From Nitrosopumilus sp. (GTDB taxonomy: Archaea; Thermoproteota; Nitrososphaeria; Nitrososphaerales; Nitrosopumilaceae), in contig OZ252243.1 of the NCBI GenBank assembly GCA_965249555.1, positions 896,001 through 960,000 on the forward strand: DNA of 64,000 bases, written 5' to 3'. Positions within the stretch are counted from its first letter, which is position 1. Every line of letters starts with the position of its first letter. Position numbers and translations under genes: made by a program. Below, piece by piece: positions 58,966-64,000 of this stretch. The notes beneath the pieces were generated by a model. That model saw only the letters and a program-made list of their open reading frames with translations, was not told the DNA's origin and searched no databases.

Positions 58966-59990
58966 TATTTTCTCTTCTTTCCAAATTGTAGTGGATTAAT
59001 GATATTATCGCATTCTGGAATTGCAAAACAAAGATCTTGTGTTTTTAGTTTCTCACAAGAAGGGCAAATGTATTTAGTTCCACTTCCAGAAGTTCCAGCA
59101 AGATGATTGAGTTGGTAAAGTGTAACTCGTTCGTTATAATCAGGAGCATTTTTGAATAATGGTGCAATTTGTTCTACTGATTGACCCTTTGAGAGTAAAA
59201 AAGTAGCCAACATGAATCTTCCAGAATGTGGAAGGTTTTCGCCTTTTTCAAGCTCTTCTATTGCATGTTTTATGCATGGAGGATATTCTCCAGTAGTTAC
59301 AGTAAAAGTAACAAATTTTTTTGATAATGAAACAAGTTTGTTTACTGAATCCTCAAAACCTGAAATCATTGCAGGAGTTTTTGCATTAATAATTTTTGAA
59401 TTGATGTATGTTCCCAATTCTTTTCTTATCAGTCTAACTGTTTCATGCGGAGTAAGAAAGACTTGTCCATGTTCTACATGTCTGTTGATTAATTTCCATT
59501 CTCTTTCATGGAAATTAATTGAATGTTTTAGATAATCAGATACTGGAATTACAAAGTAATCATCAAGTTTCTCAACTTGAACTGAAAAGAGATCATCAAT
59601 TACTCTGATTGCCAATTCTTTTTTTGACTCGTCTGAAATGTTTGCTAGATCTTTTTCAAGATATTTTTCTGCACGTCTAGCCTCTGCAAGTGAAAATCTC
59701 TTGATTAGAGTATGCATACCACTTAGTTTCAATAGTACGATAGCCAAAAGAAACGAGAAAACCTCTCTAGGCAAAGCTGCGTCTTTTGAGACATGATCTC
59801 CAATTAGATCAGATTTGTAGATTTTTCCATCTGCTGCAACCTGAATTCGATCAAATGCTTTGTCAACTAGCTGTTTTAGATCAGGATCTGTGCCAAACTG
59901 CTCCAGTGTAAATCCCTTATCTTTGAGATATTGACCAGCATCTGCCAAGAAGGGATATTTTGCAATTTCGTCTTGTCCAAGTTCTAGCAT
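58965..59990 (-). CDS. priL: DNA primase large subunit
   Basis: AKYPFL, YPPCI, H..RF, YICPSCEKL Fe-S domain. Confidence 0.93.
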   Translation of the reverse strand: MLELGQDEIAKYPFLADAGQYLKDKGFTLEQFGTDPDLKQLVDKAFDRIQVAADGKIYKSDLIGDHVSKDAALPREVFSFLLAIVLLKLSGMHTLIKRFSLAEARRAEKYLEKDLANISDESKKELAIRVIDDLFSVQVEKLDDYFVIPVSDYLKHSINFHEREWKLINRHVEHGQVFLTPHETVRLIRKELGTYINSKIINAKTPAMISGFEDSVNKLVSLSKKFVTFTVTTGEYPPCIKHAIEELEKGENLPHSGRFMLATFLLSKGQSVEQIAPLFKNAPDYNERVTLYQLNHLAGTSGSGTKYICPSCEKLKTQDLCFAIPECDNIINPLQFGKKRK

Positions 59991-60075
59991 GATAGTGATT
60001 TACCGAATTTACTTAAAAATCTGGTTTTATAATTTGAACACTAGTTTAAATTATGTTTTTTAGAAAATTATCTAA

Positions 60076-60915
60076 ATGCAGATCGGCTGTCATGTATCAA
60101 TAGCAGGGTCAATTGACAAGGCAATAGATAATGCCGTTGAAAGAGAATGCTCTGCTTTTCAGATATTTACAAGAAATCCAAGAGGTTGGCATGCAAAAGA
60201 ACTCATCAATGAAGATATTACTAATTTTAAATCAAAACTAAAAGAAAGTAAAATAGATAGATTTGCAACTTGTGCACATATGCCATATTTACCAAATCTT
60301 GCCACTCCAAAAGAAGAGGGATTTGAAAAATCAGTAGATACTTTGGTAAGTGAAGTTGAACGATGTGCACAGTTAGGAATTCCATACCTTGTAACACATC
60401 TTGGTAGTCATTTGGGAACAGGTGAAGAAGCTGGAATTAAGAAATTAGTGAAAGGCTTGACAAAAGCTGGACAAACAAAAAATGACGTAATTATTCTATT
60501 AGAGAATACTGCTGGTCAGAAAAACTCTGTAGGTTCAAAATTCAAACAGTTAGGAGAAATTTTCAATCAATTAAAACCTGCAAAAAAATTCGGTATTTGT
60601 TTGGATACTTGTCATGCATTTGTTTCAGGATATGATTTGAGAACTGAAGAGAAAGTAAAGGAGACTTTTGAAGAATTTGACAAGTATGTAGGAATAAAGA
60701 ATCTGAAAATTCTTCATCTAAATGATGCCAGAGGTGAAATTGGTTGCAATCTTGATAGACATTATCACTTAGGATTGGGAGGAATTGGAGAGAAAGGAAT
60801 TGCTGCGGTTGTAAAGTTTGCAAACAAGAAAAAAATTCCAATAATTTTAGAGACTCCAATTGATGATGACAGAGATGACTTTGAGAACATCAGAAAAGCA
60901 AAGGAATTTGCGTAG
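60076..60915 (+). CDS. nfo: Endonuclease IV
   Basis: GCHVSIAG, HMPYLPNL, LENTAG, LDTCH, HLND, DRH, ILETP. Confidence 0.95.
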   Translation: MQIGCHVSIAGSIDKAIDNAVERECSAFQIFTRNPRGWHAKELINEDITNFKSKLKESKIDRFATCAHMPYLPNLATPKEEGFEKSVDTLVSEVERCAQLGIPYLVTHLGSHLGTGEEAGIKKLVKGLTKAGQTKNDVIILLENTAGQKNSVGSKFKQLGEIFNQLKPAKKFGICLDTCHAFVSGYDLRTEEKVKETFEEFDKYVGIKNLKILHLNDARGEIGCNLDRHYHLGLGGIGEKGIAAVVKFANKKKIPIILETPIDDDRDDFENIRKAKEFA

Positions 60916-60934
60916 AAATTTATTCAATGGTTGA

Positions 60935-62404
60935 GTGAGTCTAATAATGGACTATGAAGCAGTTATGAAATTGGCACTTGAGCGTGGATTTTACTTTCCT
61001 AGCTGTGAGATTTATGCTGATGCACAAGCTGGATTTTGGGAGTATGGACCATCTGGAGTTAGTTTGAAAAATAAATTTCTTGAATTGTGGAGAAGAGAGT
61101 TAATCCGAAGAGATGGAATGCTTGAGATTGATGGTTCACAAATAATGTCTAAATCAGTTTTTGAGGCATCAGGGCATTTGAGTAACTTTGCTGATCCAAT
61201 AATAAAATGCACAAAATGTAATTCAACATTTAGAGCAGATAGAACAATTGCAGATGTCGCAAAAATTGAAATTCCTGAAAGTGCAGGTTTGGAGGAATTT
61301 GATAATGCTATTTCACAAAATAACATAAAGTGCCCAAAATGTAAAGGAGATTTTGAGAAAACAAAGAAGTTCAATATGATGTTCAGAGTTGGTATTGGTC
61401 CTGAAGAAGAAGAAGCATATCTTAGACCGGAGACATGTCAATCAATCTTTGTTGATTTTCCCAGACTCTTTAAGACCATGCGAGGAAAACTTCCTTTGGG
61501 AATAGCTCAAGTAGGAAAGAGTTTTAGAAATGAGATAGCACCAAGACAGAGTCTGCTTCGTCTTAGAGAATTTTATCAAGCAGAAATTGAAGTCTTTTGC
61601 AATCCATCAAAGTTAGATGAGATGGATAAATTCTCAGAAATTCAAGATACAGTGATTAGAGTCCAAACAGATGCAGAACCTATTTCTATGACATGTAAAG
61701 AAGCAGTAGAATCAGGTACTATTCCAAACAAGTTTGTTGCATACTATTTGGGAATTTTGACTGAATTTTATGAAAAGACAGGAATAGACATTGCAAAAAG
61801 CAGGTTCAGAAAACTTGGTGATAAAGAAAAAGCATTCTATGCTGAAGTGGCATTTGATTTTGAGGTAGAAACCACAATAGGATGGCTAGAACTAGTTGCA
61901 TGTAACTATAGATCTGACTATGATTTATCCAGTCATGCAAAAAAGAGTAAGGAGAAATTTGAAGTAATGGATAATGATGAAAAGGTTCTTCCTCATATCT
62001 TTGAGATTTCAATGGGGATTGACAGGAGTCTTTACACCATCTTAGAGCACAGTTTGAGAGATGACAAGGAACATAAGAGAATTGTTCTATCACTAAAGCC
62101 ATATCTTTCTCCTGTTCATGTTGGAGTGTTATCTCTAGTCAAAAAGGATGGTCTCAAAGAGAAAACAGATGAGATTTATCTTCAAATTAAAAGAAAATGC
62201 GATGCATTTTTGGATCATTCTGGTGCCATAGGACGAAGATATAGAAGATTAGATGAGGTTGGTTCTCCCTTTGCCATAACTGTTGATCATCAAACTCTTG
62301 AGGATGAAACTGTAACCATAAGAAAAAGGGATTCGATGGAACAAAGTAGAATTAAGATTTCTGATCTTGATTCTACAATATCTGAATCAATTGCATTTCC
62401 ATAA
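60935..62404 (+). CDS. glyS: Glycine-tRNA ligase (alpha2 type)
   Basis: LRPETCQ, KSFRNEIAPR..LLRLREF, GAIGRRYRRLDEVG; start may be ATG 60947. Confidence 0.95.
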   Translation: MSLIMDYEAVMKLALERGFYFPSCEIYADAQAGFWEYGPSGVSLKNKFLELWRRELIRRDGMLEIDGSQIMSKSVFEASGHLSNFADPIIKCTKCNSTFRADRTIADVAKIEIPESAGLEEFDNAISQNNIKCPKCKGDFEKTKKFNMMFRVGIGPEEEEAYLRPETCQSIFVDFPRLFKTMRGKLPLGIAQVGKSFRNEIAPRQSLLRLREFYQAEIEVFCNPSKLDEMDKFSEIQDTVIRVQTDAEPISMTCKEAVESGTIPNKFVAYYLGILTEFYEKTGIDIAKSRFRKLGDKEKAFYAEVAFDFEVETTIGWLELVACNYRSDYDLSSHAKKSKEKFEVMDNDEKVLPHIFEISMGIDRSLYTILEHSLRDDKEHKRIVLSLKPYLSPVHVGVLSLVKKDGLKEKTDEIYLQIKRKCDAFLDHSGAIGRRYRRLDEVGSPFAITVDHQTLEDETVTIRKRDSMEQSRIKISDLDSTISESIAFP

Positions 62405-62573
62405 ATCAATTATACAAGTTTTAGAAATTACTTTGAAAATGCTGTAATGGTTTCAGAGTGATATCTGTATTTTATCTTCACAGAGATGTCTTCCATTGCA
62501 TGTGCTTGTTGGATAAATCCATCCTCAGTCTCCACAGAAACAGTCCATTGACCAGTAATTGGATCAATGGAAG

Positions 62574-64000
62574 TTATTGAGAATCTCCATAGCTAACTTT
62601 TTTGATTTGACTTTGTCCAGCTGGAAGAACACGAACAAAATCATCAATGCTTATATTTTTTGCAATCTCTTCTTCTAATTTTAAAAATTCAATTCTAATT
62701 TTTTTAGCAGCATCTACCATTTCTGTTCCATGTGGTTCAATAATTACATAACAAATAGAATTTTTTTTAATTGTTTCAGTAGGACCGGATGTTAAAACAT
62801 AATTATCATCTTGTGGAATAATTCCTACAGCTAATCTAAGAGTTTCTGATTTAATAAAATTTCTTTGTCCTTCAATTGAAAATGATCCTTTTGGTAAAAA
62901 TTCTCCACTCGGTGCTGCTTTTTTTACTTGTTCAGGATTTACCCAATATGCACTTACTCCATACATTCCCTCTCTCCAAGCTCTACTAAAACAAACAGTT
63001 GCATGTGCAACTTCATTCATACTTAGTGTTGATGCATTCTCTGCATTTTTTAAAATAAAAAATGGTGAACCAAAAATATCTCCATGAAAGACTTTATCAT
63101 TTTTTGCAAGATGTTTTCGTATAACTGCAGAGTTTGATGCAGCATCACGTCCTCCAATTGCGAGAAATCCATCAGATGTAAAAAACCATCTATAACGTTC
63201 GTACCAACTTTTCTTTCGTATCTCTGAAATTACAATTGCATTTCTTTCAGTTTCTGTTTGACTTTGTAATTTTTCAAGTTTCTTTGCTGTTTTAGTTTTA
63301 ATTTCCTCGATTGATTTTATTGCAGCAAACTGTCGTTTAGCTTCATTGAATAACATTGATGCAATTGATTGTAATGATGAAGTTGGTTTTATCTTAATTT
63401 TTTCGTCTTGAATTACTAATAACGTAATTCCTTTTTCTGTAGTAAGTTTAGCGTTGTTATTAGCAAGAAGTTTCTGTGCATTTGGGTCTTCAATGGAAAT
63501 AATTCCTTGAGAAACCATTTCAAAAAGGGAATTTGCTACTTTAGTTATGTATTCTGATTTTTCTTTAACAATTTGAATTGCTTTTTCTTGTTCACTTAGT
63601 TGACTTTGTAGTTGTTGAATTTTTTTGTTTGAGCTACTAAATTGAATTGATTTACCCTGTTCAACAATACTTTCTGTAAACACTCTATCAAGTCCTTCCA
63701 TAAATCCAGGAACAGAAGTACATTCCTCATCACTTTCCATTAATCTAACTGGTAAGATCTCAGCTTTATCCCCATAGATAATTACACTATCATGTTTTCC
63801 AGTTGTTACATTTGTAACAATTTCTTTTGTTGTTTCATAGATTTTTTTGATTTGTTCGTGACTTAGAGTATTTCCAATCTGTTTTGAATCAAGTTCAGCA
63901 ATTTTAAAAATTCCTTCAACATATTTTTTTGGCAAACCTAATGTTCTTCCTAACCATTTTCCAGAAGTAATATCTAATGTTTTTAATTGATTAAAATCAG
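62574..64000 (-). CDS. rqcH: Ribosome quality-control protein RqcH/NEMF (NFACT), 5' end outside window
   Basis: WYERYRWF...GGRDAASN, HGDIFGSP, APSGEFLPKGSF; frame open to the window edge. Confidence 0.9.
   Translation of the reverse strand, partial: DFNQLKTLDITSGKWLGRTLGLPKKYVEGIFKIAELDSKQIGNTLSHEQIKKIYETTKEIVTNVTTGKHDSVIIYGDKAEILPVRLMESDEECTSVPGFMEGLDRVFTESIVEQGKSIQFSSSNKKIQQLQSQLSEQEKAIQIVKEKSEYITKVANSLFEMVSQGIISIEDPNAQKLLANNNAKLTTEKGITLLVIQDEKIKIKPTSSLQSIASMLFNEAKRQFAAIKSIEEIKTKTAKKLEKLQSQTETERNAIVISEIRKKSWYERYRWFFTSDGFLAIGGRDAASNSAVIRKHLAKNDKVFHGDIFGSPFFILKNAENASTLSMNEVAHATVCFSRAWREGMYGVSAYWVNPEQVKKAAPSGEFLPKGSFSIEGQRNFIKSETLRLAVGIIPQDDNYVLTSGPTETIKKNSICYVIIEPHGTEMVDAAKKIRIEFLKLEEEIAKNISIDDFVRVLPAGQSQIKKVSYGDSQ

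Noticed and set aside
395-62102. Many 60-140 aa ORFs antisense to or nested in core genes (e.g. 3644-3991, 11703-12080, 20615-21034, 35975-36394, 61012-61374)
   Set aside because: Shadow frames of well-supported genes, with no independent motifs

Overview
AT-rich chromosomal window from a marine ammonia-oxidising archaeon (Nitrosopumilus-like Nitrososphaerota/Thaumarchaeota, inferred from gene content). Most of it is core genome: the end of a glycosylation cluster, tetraether lipid synthase Tes, TrmB and DtxR regulators, pelota, Cdc48, GatDE, GrpE-DnaK-DnaJ, RPA, Lhr, MetK, cobalamin genes, aIF2 alpha/gamma, AglB, primase, Nfo, GlyRS and RqcH. RNA genes read directly from the sequence are SRP RNA, tRNA-Leu(CAG), tRNA-Gln(TTG), tRNA-Gly(CCC) and a box C/D guide RNA predicted to make Cm34 in tRNA-Leu(CAA). 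The accessory region (about 46.4-53.4 kb) holds two elements. (1) A 2.6-kb cassette between perfect 109-bp inverted repeats carries a secreted FN3 protein, a Zn-ribbon ORF and a decayed DDE transposase tail. (2) A 3,186-bp element is integrated in the 5' half of tRNA-Gly(CCC) (40-bp direct repeat). It splits an antisense ORF in the manner of SSV-type integrases, appears to supply the tRNA's new promoter, and carries a TBP-like gene, a P4/D5-type helicase and a GNAT toxin-antitoxin-like pair. All calls come from reading the sequence and recognising motifs; no searches were run.
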